Assembly (NCBI GenBank): GCA_016390365.1
Contig: GCA_016390365.1_3043.1
Reading direction: 5' to 3' (one strand)
Length of the DNA: 64,000 nt
Source of the DNA: a phage
Under the pieces are notes generated by a model, which searched no databases, was not told the origin of the DNA, and saw only the letters and a list, made by a program, of their open reading frames with translations. The position numbers were made by a program, and so were the translations under genes. Each line of letters begins with the position of its first letter. Within the stretch, counting starts at the first letter, position 1. Of the stretch, positions 27,198 to 35,862 are shown in pieces.

Positions 27198-27515
27198 ATG
27201 ACTGATAAACCCGAAATTAATGATGAAGTGGAAAAGCTTATTTCTTCTATTGAAGAAAAGAACCGTCTTGAAGCAGAAAGAAAAGCAAATAAGTTATTGT
27301 CTAAAAACAAACGCGAACTGAATCGTCTTTATAAGCACGCTCAGATCGCAGCTGAAAATAATAATTTTGCTCAATACGAATATGCTATCAAGAAAAGTCG
27401 GGATATTCTAAAACAGCCATATAACGATGAACTTATCAGTATTCTTTGGAAGACTACTAGATCGCAAATTGAGGATATGATTGATGCTTACACACGTAAA
27501 ATTCAAGCGTCTTAA
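27198..27515 (+). CDS. hypothetical protein
   Basis: 105-codon ORF. Confidence 0.45.
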   Translation: MTDKPEINDEVEKLISSIEEKNRLEAERKANKLLSKNKRELNRLYKHAQIAAENNNFAQYEYAIKKSRDILKQPYNDELISILWKTTRSQIEDMIDAYTRKIQAS

Positions 27516-27687
27516 AATTAATGCAGGATTTACTGAATCTTTGAATGGTCATCTTTGTGTGAAAATTTCTGAAAAAGAATACCATGATAGTTCAATTAAA
27601 GAAGTTAATCCTCCTATTGTAAGAGCAGACCCTAATATGAAAGTGTGGGTTGATTCTTATCAAGTTAAAAAATGGTGGCAGTTATGA
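27481..27687 (+). CDS. hypothetical protein
   Basis: 68-codon ORF; start uncertain. Confidence 0.35.
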   Translation: MMLTHVKFKRLKINAGFTESLNGHLCVKISEKEYHDSSIKEVNPPIVRADPNMKVWVDSYQVKKWWQL

Positions 27688-27692
27688 AAGAT

Positions 27693-27866
27693 GAACATCC
27701 AGACTTCTGAAATAGATTATAATAAAATTCGTTCCTCTAAAGAGGAAATGATGAGACGCTTTAAAGAGTCTCATGATAAAGCTAAAGCAGAAGGAACTAT
27801 AACATATAAGCGCATAAAATTTAAAAGTTCTAATGAGCCTCTGTATGGCGTATTATGTGGATAGGA
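27693..27866 (+). CDS. hypothetical small protein
   Basis: 57-aa ORF MNIQTSEIDYNKIRSSKEE, not in track. Confidence 0.3.
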
Positions 27867-27888
27867 GCTTCGGCTCCTATATTGCTTT
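27862..27888 (+). terminator. hairpin terminator, UUCG tetraloop
   Basis: taggagc-ttcg-gctccta. Confidence 0.55.
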
Positions 27889-27906
27889 ATAAATTTTTGG
27901 TAAAAT
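27883..27906 (+). promoter_or_regulatory. candidate MotA-box middle promoter for a-gt
   Basis: TGCTTTA 27883-27889, 11-nt gap, TAAAAT. Confidence 0.4.
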
Positions 27907-27930
27907 AAACCAAAACAAAGAGGATATTAA

Positions 27931-29133
27931 ATGAAAGTATGTATTTTTATGGCTCGAGGTCTTGAAGGTTGTGGTGTAACAAAATTCTCACTCGAGCAAC
28001 GTGATTGGTTTATTAAAAATGGTCATGAAGTGACTTTGGTTTATGCTAAAGATAAATCATTTACTCGTAATTGCGCGCATGATTATAAATCATTTTCAAT
28101 TCCGGTTTTATTGGCAAAAGAATATGATAAAACACTTAAGCTGGTAAATGATTGTGATATTCTAATTATCAATTCAGTTCCTGCTACTTCGGTTGAAGAA
28201 GACACGATTAATAACTATAAAAAAATTATTGATAACATTAAACCTTCTGTTCGTGTTGTAGTTTATCAACATGACCATTCTTCTCTTTCTTTGCGTCGAA
28301 ATTTGGGATTAGAAGAAACTGTTCGTCGAGCTGATGTTATTTTTAGCCATTCTGATAATGGTGATTTTAATAAAGTTCTGATGAAAGAATGGTATCCTGA
28401 AACAGTTTCTCTGTTTGATGATATTGAAGAAGCACCGACAGTATATAACTTTCAGCCTCCTATGGATATTGCGAAGGTTCGGTCAACCTACTGGAAAGAT
28501 GTTTCTGAAATTAACATGAATATCAACCGTTGGATTGGTCGTACGACCACATGGAAAGGTTTTTATCAGATGTTTGATTTTCATGAAAAACATCTTAAAC
28601 CTGCAGGACTAAGTACTATTATGGAAGGTCTGGAACGTTCTCCAGCGTTCATTCCTATTAAAGAAAAAGGAATTCCATACGAGTATTATCGTCTTCATCA
28701 AGTAGACCAAATTAAAATTGCTCCTAATTTGCCAACGCAAATTCTTGACCGTTATGTAAATAGCGAAATGCTTGAACGTATGAGTAAATCCGGTTTTGGT
28801 TATCAGTTGAGTAAGTTGGATAAAAAATATCTACAACGTTCTTTAGAATATACTCATCTCGAGCTTGGTGCATGTGGAACAATTCCGGTATTTTGGAAAT
28901 CTACTGGCGAAAATTTAAAATTCCGTGTTGATAATACTCCTTTGACCTCGCATGATAGCGGTATCATTTGGTTTGATGAAAATGACATGGAATCAACATT
29001 TGAACGTATTAAAGAACTGTCATCTGACCGAACTCTTTATGACCGCGAACGCGAAAAAGCTTATGAATTTTTGTATCAGCATCAAGATTCAAGCTTCTGC
29101 TTTAAAGAACAGTTTGACATTATTACAAAATAA
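27931..29133 (+). CDS. agt: DNA alpha-glucosyltransferase
   Basis: 400 aa; N-terminus ICIFMARGLEGCGVTKFSLEQRDWFIKNGHEV matches recalled T4 alpha-gt. Confidence 0.9.
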   Translation: MKVCIFMARGLEGCGVTKFSLEQRDWFIKNGHEVTLVYAKDKSFTRNCAHDYKSFSIPVLLAKEYDKTLKLVNDCDILIINSVPATSVEEDTINNYKKIIDNIKPSVRVVVYQHDHSSLSLRRNLGLEETVRRADVIFSHSDNGDFNKVLMKEWYPETVSLFDDIEEAPTVYNFQPPMDIAKVRSTYWKDVSEINMNINRWIGRTTTWKGFYQMFDFHEKHLKPAGLSTIMEGLERSPAFIPIKEKGIPYEYYRLHQVDQIKIAPNLPTQILDRYVNSEMLERMSKSGFGYQLSKLDKKYLQRSLEYTHLELGACGTIPVFWKSTGENLKFRVDNTPLTSHDSGIIWFDENDMESTFERIKELSSDRTLYDREREKAYEFLYQHQDSSFCFKEQFDIITK

Positions 29134-29156
29134 AGGGCTTCGGCCCTTTAGCTTTA
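29133..29156 (+). terminator. hairpin terminator, UUCG tetraloop
   Basis: agggc-ttcg-gccct followed by ttagcttt. Confidence 0.6.
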
Positions 29157-29172
29157 TGCGGAGTTTGATATA

Positions 29173-29313
29173 ATGATATTTCTTGGATATGTGATACTTT
29201 TTCTCGCGTTTTATCTTTTCACTAGAGCGTGTTGGATTGGATTCTTTAGCACTCCAGATGGATTTATTTCAATAATTTTATTTTGCATTTCAATGACGGT
29301 TCTTGATATATGA
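29173..29313 (+). CDS. hypothetical small membrane protein
   Basis: 46-aa hydrophobic ORF MIFLGYVILFLAFYLF..., ATGA coupling to gene 47. Confidence 0.35.
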   Translation: MIFLGYVILFLAFYLFTRACWIGFFSTPDGFISIILFCISMTVLDI

Positions 29314-30329
29314 AAATTTTAAATTTAGGTGATTGGCATTTAGGCGTTAAAGCCGATGATGAGTGGGTTCAATCCATTCAGTTGGATGGAATTAAACAAG
29401 CAATAGAATATTCTAAGAAAAATGGAATTACTACATGGATTCAATACGGCGATATTTTTGATGTGCGAAAAGCAATCACGCATAAAACTATGGAGTTCGC
29501 TCGTGAAATAGTTCAAATGCTTGATGATGCTGGTATTACCCTACATACTGTTGTAGGAAACCATGATATGCACTTTAAAAATACTTTAACTCCAAATGCC
29601 TCTACTGAGCTTTTGGCTAAATATCCTAATGTTAAAGTATATGATAAGCCTACTACAGTAGATTTTGACGGATGTTTAATTGATTTAATTCCTTGGATGT
29701 GTGAAGAAAATACTGGTGAAATTCTTGAACACATCAAAACTTCATCTGCTTCTTTTTGCGTTGGTCACTGGGAACTGAACGGATTTTATTTTTATAAAGG
29801 AATGAAATCTCACGGTCTTGAACCTGATTTCCTTAAGACTTATAAGGAAGTGTGGTCTGGTCACTTCCATACTATCTCTGAGGCTGCTAACGTCAGATAT
29901 ATTGGGACACCATGGACACTAACTGCAGGTGACGAGAATGACCCTCGTGGGTTCTGGATGTTTGATACAGAAACAGAACGAATGGAATTTATTCCAAACA
30001 ATACTACCTGGCATCGTAGAATTCATTATCCATTTAAAGGAAAAATTGACTATAAAGATTTTACAAATCTATCAGTACGTGTTATAGTAACTGAGGTAGA
30101 CAAAAATCTGACGAAGTTCGAATCTGAACTAGAGAAAGTTGTGCATTCGTTACGAGTTGTGTCAAAGATTGATAACTCTGTCGAGTCAGATGACAGCGAA
30201 GAGGTTGAAGTTCAATCTCTTCAGACGTTGATGGAAGAATACATTAATGCAATTCCAGACATCACTGATTCTGACCGTGAAGCATTTATTCAATATGCAA
30301 ATCAGTTATATGTAGAGGCAACACAATGA
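29310..30329 (+). CDS. 47: recombination nuclease subunit gp47 (Mre11-like)
   Basis: 339 aa; phosphoesterase motifs GDWHLG, GNHD, GHWE, GHFH. Confidence 0.95.
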   Translation: MKILNLGDWHLGVKADDEWVQSIQLDGIKQAIEYSKKNGITTWIQYGDIFDVRKAITHKTMEFAREIVQMLDDAGITLHTVVGNHDMHFKNTLTPNASTELLAKYPNVKVYDKPTTVDFDGCLIDLIPWMCEENTGEILEHIKTSSASFCVGHWELNGFYFYKGMKSHGLEPDFLKTYKEVWSGHFHTISEAANVRYIGTPWTLTAGDENDPRGFWMFDTETERMEFIPNNTTWHRRIHYPFKGKIDYKDFTNLSVRVIVTEVDKNLTKFESELEKVVHSLRVVSKIDNSVESDDSEEVEVQSLQTLMEEYINAIPDITDSDREAFIQYANQLYVEATQ

Positions 30330-30589
30330 CTTTTGATGAATTTAAAAATGTTATGATGAGTCAGCATTTTGAATGCGAAGTAAAAGATGATATTGGGCAT
30401 AAAGAAATTATTGAATATTGGTTTGAACCGCTAGAGGTTGAAGATAATTGTATTAAAAAGGTTACGGTCTGCACTGACTGGGCTGTATCTTTTAACTTCA
30501 ACATTTTAGATAATGACACACCTAAATCATTGCGAGATATGGCCGTATCTTGTATTAAGGATGCATACTGTGAAGTTTTCGACATTTGA
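30326..30589 (+). CDS. hypothetical protein
   Basis: 87-codon ORF, ATGA coupling. Confidence 0.45.
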   Translation: MTFDEFKNVMMSQHFECEVKDDIGHKEIIEYWFEPLEVEDNCIKKVTVCTDWAVSFNFNILDNDTPKSLRDMAVSCIKDAYCEVFDI

Positions 30590-30776
30590 CATTAATGATG
30601 AATTCATAGCAAACATTGATTATACCGAAGAAGATTCTAGATATGTTGGAATAATTTATATTACATCAAAAACAGCACAAGGCGTTGTTTGCATGGCTGA
30701 ATTTGATGAATACTTTTTAGATTATAATGATATGATAGAATGGTCTAAAAGATACATTAAAAGGAATCTTTTGTGA
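30561..30776 (+). CDS. hypothetical protein
   Basis: start uncertain (ATG 30561 or GTG 30570). Confidence 0.4.
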   Translation: MHTVKFSTFDINDEFIANIDYTEEDSRYVGIIYITSKTAQGVVCMAEFDEYFLDYNDMIEWSKRYIKRNLL

Positions 30777-32455
30777 AGAATTTTAAACTAAACCGAGTTA
30801 GGTATCAAAATATAATGTCAGTAGGTGGAAATCCTATTGACATTCAATTAGATAAGGTTCAAAAAACTCTTATTACTGGCCGAAATGGCGGTGGTAAGTC
30901 TACTATGTTAGAAGCCATCACATTTGGGCTTTTTGGCAAGCCATTTCGTGATGTAAAGAAAGGTCAATTAATAAACAGCACAAATAAGAAAGAACTTTTA
31001 GTTGAATTGTGGATGGAATATGATGAGAAAAAGTACTATATCAAAAGAGGACAAAAACCAAACGTTTTCGAAATCACCGTTAACGGTACACGTCTTAATG
31101 AATCTGCCAGCAGTAAAGATTTCCAAGCAGAATTTGAACAGCTTATCGGAATGTCATATGCCAGTTTCAAGCAGATTGTTGTTCTTGGTACAGCAGGGTA
31201 TACCCCTTTCATGGGTTTGTCGACCCCTGCGCGAAGAAAGCTTGTGGAAGACCTGCTTGAGGTAGGAACATTAGCTGAAATGGATAAGCTTAATAAAGCA
31301 CTAATACGTGAATTAAATTCACAAAACCAAGTGCTTGATGTTAAAAAAGATAGTATTATCCAACAAATTAAAATATATAATGATAACGTTGAACGCCAGA
31401 AAAAATTAACGGGTGACAACCTTACTCGTCTTCAAAATATGTATGATGATTTGGCAAAAGAAGCTAGAACGCTAAAATCGGAAATAGAAGAAGCTAATGA
31501 AAGATTAGTTAATATTGTTTTAGATGAAGACCCGACTGATGCATTTAATAAAATCGGTCAAGAAGCATTTTTAATTAAATCAAAAATTGACTCGTATAAT
31601 AAAGTCATTAATATGTATCACGAAGGTGGATTATGTCCAACCTGTTTGTCACAATTAAGTTCCGGTGATAAAGTTGTTTCTAAAATTAAAGATAAAGTTT
31701 CTGAATGCACGCATTCGTTTGAACAGCTTTCAACACATCGTGATAATTTAAAAGTTCTTGTTGATGAATACCGAGATAATATTAAAACCCAGCAGTCGTT
31801 GGCAAATGATATTCGCAATAAAAAGCAATCTCTAATCACGACGGTAGATAAAGCTAAAAAAGTTAAAGCAGCTATAGAAAAAGCATCTTCTGAGTTTATT
31901 GACCATGCTGATGAAATAGCATTGCTTCAAGAAGAACTTGATAAAATTGTTGAGACAAAAACTAATTTAGTAATGGAAAAATACCACCGAGGAATTTTGA
32001 CTGATATGCTCAAAGATTCTGGTATTAAAGGTGCTATTATTAAAAAGTACATTCCATTATTTAATAAGCAGATTAACCATTATCTTAAAATAATGGAAGC
32101 GGATTATGTGTTTACATTAGATGAAGAATTTAATGAGACAATTAAATCTCGTGGTCGTGAAGATTTTAGTTATGCTTCATTTAGTGAAGGTGAAAAGGCA
32201 AGAATTGATATTGCTCTTTTATTTACTTGGCGTGATATTGCTTCTATTGTATCTGGTGTTAGTATTAGTACATTAATACTCGATGAAGTGTTTGATGGGT
32301 CATTTGACGCCGAAGGTATTAAAGGTGTAGCTAATATTATAAATTCAATGAAAAACACTAATGTTTTTATAATTTCGCATAAAGACCATGACCCGCAAGA
32401 ATATGGTCAGCATCTTCAAATGAAGAAAGTTGGTCGATTTACTGTAATGGTTTAA
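30773..32455 (+). CDS. 46: recombination nuclease subunit gp46 (Rad50/SbcC-like ATPase)
   Basis: 560 aa; Walker A GRNGGGKST, zinc hook CPTC, signature motif SFSEGEKARI, D-loop LILDEVFD; GTG start. Confidence 0.95.
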   Translation: MKNFKLNRVRYQNIMSVGGNPIDIQLDKVQKTLITGRNGGGKSTMLEAITFGLFGKPFRDVKKGQLINSTNKKELLVELWMEYDEKKYYIKRGQKPNVFEITVNGTRLNESASSKDFQAEFEQLIGMSYASFKQIVVLGTAGYTPFMGLSTPARRKLVEDLLEVGTLAEMDKLNKALIRELNSQNQVLDVKKDSIIQQIKIYNDNVERQKKLTGDNLTRLQNMYDDLAKEARTLKSEIEEANERLVNIVLDEDPTDAFNKIGQEAFLIKSKIDSYNKVINMYHEGGLCPTCLSQLSSGDKVVSKIKDKVSECTHSFEQLSTHRDNLKVLVDEYRDNIKTQQSLANDIRNKKQSLITTVDKAKKVKAAIEKASSEFIDHADEIALLQEELDKIVETKTNLVMEKYHRGILTDMLKDSGIKGAIIKKYIPLFNKQINHYLKIMEADYVFTLDEEFNETIKSRGREDFSYASFSEGEKARIDIALLFTWRDIASIVSGVSISTLILDEVFDGSFDAEGIKGVANIINSMKNTNVFIISHKDHDPQEYGQHLQMKKVGRFTVMV

Positions 32456-32510
32456 TTTATAAGAGATTATGCTTTAATTTATTAGAGTATAATCTCTATG
32501 GAGGAAAAAC

Positions 32511-32699
32511 ATGGAATATTCAACTGGACAGCATTTATTAACTTTTCCTGAAATAAAACGATATATTCTGAGAAATAATTTTTCTAATGAAGAGCATATA
32601 GTTACTGAATCTATGCTTAGGAATGCATTTAAAGCAGAATATACAAAAATAATGTCCAATAGAAATGAAGCTTGGACTGTTACTGATTATTATGACTAA
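32511..32699 (+). CDS. hypothetical protein
   Basis: 62-codon ORF after SD ggaggaaa. Confidence 0.45.
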   Translation: MEYSTGQHLLTFPEIKRYILRNNFSNEEHIVTESMLRNAFKAEYTKIMSNRNEAWTVTDYYD

Positions 32700-32708
32700 A
32701 GGTGTATT

Positions 32709-33098
32709 ATGACTAAAATTACTGTGAATTATACTGTTGATGTAAAAGATATTCAGCCAAAACACGTGCGTTCTGAATCAAATCCACAAAACCAAAATAA
32801 AATTCGTCGCGCATGGGTTTTGTCTCTTTCTGATAACGCAATGGAAGTTATTCAGAACAAAATTAAATCTGCACCTGCTCGTCATGCGTATTATGAAGCT
32901 ATCGATCGTGAAGTAAGTAATAAATGGATTGAACTAATGCGCAAACATACTACAGAATCCCTAAACGCCGGTGCTAAATTTATTATGACTTCATGCGGTG
33001 AACGTCTTGAAGATGATTATTGCGGTAATGCAGATGAACGTCTAATTGTTGCTGCTCAAATTGTTGCGGAAACAATTGCGGCTGATTTTAATCGTTAA
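32709..33098 (+). CDS. rpbA: RNA polymerase-binding protein RpbA
   Basis: 129 aa; position between 46 and 45; matches recalled T4 RpbA. Confidence 0.8.
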
Positions 33099-33099
33099 T

Positions 33100-33124
33100 T
33101 GCTTTATTAAATTAGTTATAAAAT
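33100..33124 (+). promoter_or_regulatory. candidate MotA-box middle promoter for gene 45
   Basis: TGCTTTA 33100-33106, 12-nt gap, TAAAAT. Confidence 0.4.
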
Positions 33125-33153
33125 TAAATCTCATTTGAATTGAAGGAAATTAC

Positions 33154-33840
33154 ATGAAACTGTCTAAAGATACTACTGCTCTGCTTAAAAATTTCGCTAC
33201 TATTAACTCTGGCATTATGCTTAAATCTGGTCAATTTATTATGACTCGCGCAGTTAATGGTACAACTTATGCGGAAGCAAATATTTCCGACACCATTGAT
33301 TTTGATGTAGCAATTTACGATTTGAACGGTTTTCTCGGTATTCTGTCCCTAGTTAATGACGATGCAGAAATTTCCCAGTCAGAAGATGGAAATATTAAAA
33401 TTGCTGATGCTCGTTCAACAATTTTTTGGCCAGCAGCCGATCCGAGTACAGTAGTTGCTCCTAATAAACCAATTCCATTCCCGGTAGCATCTGTTGTTAC
33501 TGAAATTAAAGCTGAAGACCTTCAACAGCTGTTGCGTGTATCTCGTGGTCTGCAGATTGATACAATTGCTATCACAGTAAAAGAAGGTAAAATCGTAATT
33601 AACGGTTTTAATAAAGTAGAAGATTCTGCTCTTACCCGTGTTAAATATTCTTTGACTCTTGGTGATTATGATGGTGAAAATACATTTAATTTCATTATCA
33701 ATATGGCAAATATGAAAATGCAACCAGGAAATTATAAACTTCTGCTCTGGGCAAAAGGTAAACAAGGTGCTGCTAAATTTGAAGGTGAACACGCGAATTA
33801 TGTAGTAGCTCTTGAAGCTGATTCTACCCACGATTTTTAA
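33154..33840 (+). CDS. 45: sliding clamp gp45
   Basis: 228 aa MKLSKDTTALLKNFATINSGIMLKSGQFIMTRAVNGTTYAEANI. Confidence 0.95.
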   Translation: MKLSKDTTALLKNFATINSGIMLKSGQFIMTRAVNGTTYAEANISDTIDFDVAIYDLNGFLGILSLVNDDAEISQSEDGNIKIADARSTIFWPAADPSTVVAPNKPIPFPVASVVTEIKAEDLQQLLRVSRGLQIDTIAITVKEGKIVINGFNKVEDSALTRVKYSLTLGDYDGENTFNFIINMANMKMQPGNYKLLLWAKGKQGAAKFEGEHANYVVALEADSTHDF

Positions 33841-33842
33841 TA

Positions 33843-33864
33843 GAGGGCTTCGGCCCTTAAATTT
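33843..33864 (+). terminator. hairpin terminator, UUCG tetraloop
   Basis: agggc-ttcg-gccct; weak T-tract. Confidence 0.5.
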
Positions 33865-33889
33865 ACACTAAAACTTGAATGAGGAAATT

Positions 33890-34849
33890 ATGATTACCGT
33901 AAATGAAAAAGAACACATTCTTGAACAGAAATATCGTCCATCTACTATCGATGAATGTATTCTTCCTGCCTTTGATAAAGAAACCTTTAAATCTATTACA
34001 AGTAAAGGTAAGATTCCACATATTATTCTTCATTCTCCTTCTCCAGGAACAGGTAAAACAACTGTAGCAAAAGCATTGTGTCATGATGTAAATGCTGATA
34101 TGATGTTTGTGAATGGTTCAGATTGTAAAATTGATTTCGTTCGTGGTCCTTTGACTAATTTTGCCAGCGCCGCTTCATTTGATGGTCGTCAAAAAGTAAT
34201 CGTTATTGATGAATTTGACCGTTCAGGTTTAGCAGAATCTCAGCGACATCTTCGTTCCTTTATGGAAGCTTATAGTTCAAACTGTAGTATTATTATTACT
34301 GCTAACAATATTGATGGTATTATTAAACCACTTCAGTCACGCTGCCGAGTTATTACGTTCGGTCAACCGACCGATGAAGATAAAATTGAAATGATGAAGC
34401 AGATGATTCGTCGATTGACTGAAATCTGTAAACATGAAGGTATTGCTATAGCTGATATGAAAGTTGTAGCAGCTTTGGTTAAAAAGAATTTTCCTGATTT
34501 TCGTAAAACTATTGGCGAGCTCGATAGTTATTCATCTAAAGGTGTTTTGGATGCTGGTATTTTATCACTGGTTACTAACGATCGTGGTGTTATTGATGAT
34601 GTTCTTGAGTCTCTCAAAAATAAAGATGTTAAACAACTCAGAGCTTTAGCACCAAAATATGCAGCCGATTATTCTTGGTTTGTTGGTAAACTTGCCGAAG
34701 AAATCTATTCACGTGTAACTCCACAGAGCATTATTCGTATGTACGAAATTGTCGGCGAAAATAATCAGTATCATGGTATTGCAGCTAATACTGAATTGCA
34801 TCTAGCTTATCTTTTCATTCAATTAGCATGCGAAATGCAGTGGAAGTGA
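33890..34849 (+). CDS. 44: clamp loader large subunit gp44
   Basis: 319 aa from ATG 33890 ([17 protein letters not shown]); Walker [11 protein letters not shown]. Confidence 0.95.
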   Translation: MITVNEKEHILEQKYRPSTIDECILPAFDKETFKSITSKGKIPHIILHSPSPGTGKTTVAKALCHDVNADMMFVNGSDCKIDFVRGPLTNFASAASFDGRQKVIVIDEFDRSGLAESQRHLRSFMEAYSSNCSIIITANNIDGIIKPLQSRCRVITFGQPTDEDKIEMMKQMIRRLTEICKHEGIAIADMKVVAALVKKNFPDFRKTIGELDSYSSKGVLDAGILSLVTNDRGVIDDVLESLKNKDVKQLRALAPKYAADYSWFVGKLAEEIYSRVTPQSIIRMYEIVGENNQYHGIAANTELHLAYLFIQLACEMQWK

Positions 34850-34850
34850 T

Positions 34851-35414
34851 ATGAGCTTATTTGAAGATGATATTCAATTAAACAAGCATCAAGTTGCTTG
34901 GTATTCAAAAGATTGGACAGCTGTCCAATCCGCTGCTGATTCTTTTAAAGAAAAAGCTGAAAATGAATTTTTTGAAATAATTGGAGCTATTAATAATAAA
35001 ACTAAATGCTCTATTGCTCAAAAAGATTATTCAAAATTCATGGTTGAAAATGCATTATCACAATTTCCAGAGTGCATGCCAGCTGTATATGCTATGAATT
35101 TAATCGGTTCTGGATTAAGTGATGAAGCTCATTTTAATTATCTAATGGCTGCAGTTCCTCGGGGTAAAAGATATGGTAAATGGGCAAAACTAGTTGAAGA
35201 TTCCACCGAAGTATTGATTATTAAGTTACTTGCTAAGCGGTATCAAGTTAATACAAATGATGCAATTAACTATAAATCAATTATTACTAAAAATGGAAAA
35301 CTACCTTTAGTATTAAAAGAACTTAAAGGATTAGTCACGGATGATTTTTTGAAAGAAGTGACTAAGAACGTAAAAGAACAGAAACAGCTCAAAAAACTAG
35401 CATTGGAATGGTAA
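34851..35414 (+). CDS. 62: clamp loader small subunit gp62
   Basis: 187 aa [22 protein letters not shown]. Confidence 0.95.
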   Translation: MSLFEDDIQLNKHQVAWYSKDWTAVQSAADSFKEKAENEFFEIIGAINNKTKCSIAQKDYSKFMVENALSQFPECMPAVYAMNLIGSGLSDEAHFNYLMAAVPRGKRYGKWAKLVEDSTEVLIIKLLAKRYQVNTNDAINYKSIITKNGKLPLVLKELKGLVTDDFLKEVTKNVKEQKQLKKLALEW

Positions 35415-35415
35415 A

Positions 35416-35784
35416 ATGATTGAAATTACTCTTAAAAAACCTGAAGATTTTCTGAAAGTAAAAGAAACTTTGACTCGTATGGGAATTGCTAATAATAAAG
35501 ATAAAGTTCTGTATCAGTCCTGTCATATTCTTCAGAAAAAAGGACTATACTATATCGTTCATTTTAAAGAAATGCTTCGTATGGATGGTCGCCAGGTTGA
35601 AATGACAGAAGAAGATGAAGTTCGTCGTGATTCGATTGCATGGCTGTTAGAAGATTGGGGACTGATTGAAATCGTTCCTGGTCAAAGAACTTTTATGAAA
35701 GATTTAACTAATAATTTCCGAGTTATTTCTTTTAAACAAAAACATGAATGGAAACTCGTTCCTAAATATACGATTGGTAATTAA
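35416..35784 (+). CDS. regA: translational repressor RegA
   Basis: 122 aa MIEITLKKPEDFLKVKETLTRMGIANN. Confidence 0.95.
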   Translation: MIEITLKKPEDFLKVKETLTRMGIANNKDKVLYQSCHILQKKGLYYIVHFKEMLRMDGRQVEMTEEDEVRRDSIAWLLEDWGLIEIVPGQRTFMKDLTNNFRVISFKQKHEWKLVPKYTIGN

Positions 35785-35786
35785 GC

Positions 35787-35806
35787 AAGGGGCTTCGGCC
35801 CCTTAA
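35787..35806 (+). terminator. hairpin, UUCG tetraloop (weak T-tract)
   Basis: aagggg-c-ttcg-g-cccctt. Confidence 0.45.
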
Positions 35807-35819
35807 TTGGAGTATAATA

Positions 35820-35862
35820 TATCAAGAGCCTAATAACTCGGGCTATAAACTAAGGAATATCT
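35820..35862 (+). promoter_or_regulatory. gene 43 translational operator region (hairpin plus SD)
   Basis: gagcc-taataactc-gggct hairpin just upstream of SD aaggaa and ATG 35863, as described for gp43 autoregulation. Confidence 0.5.
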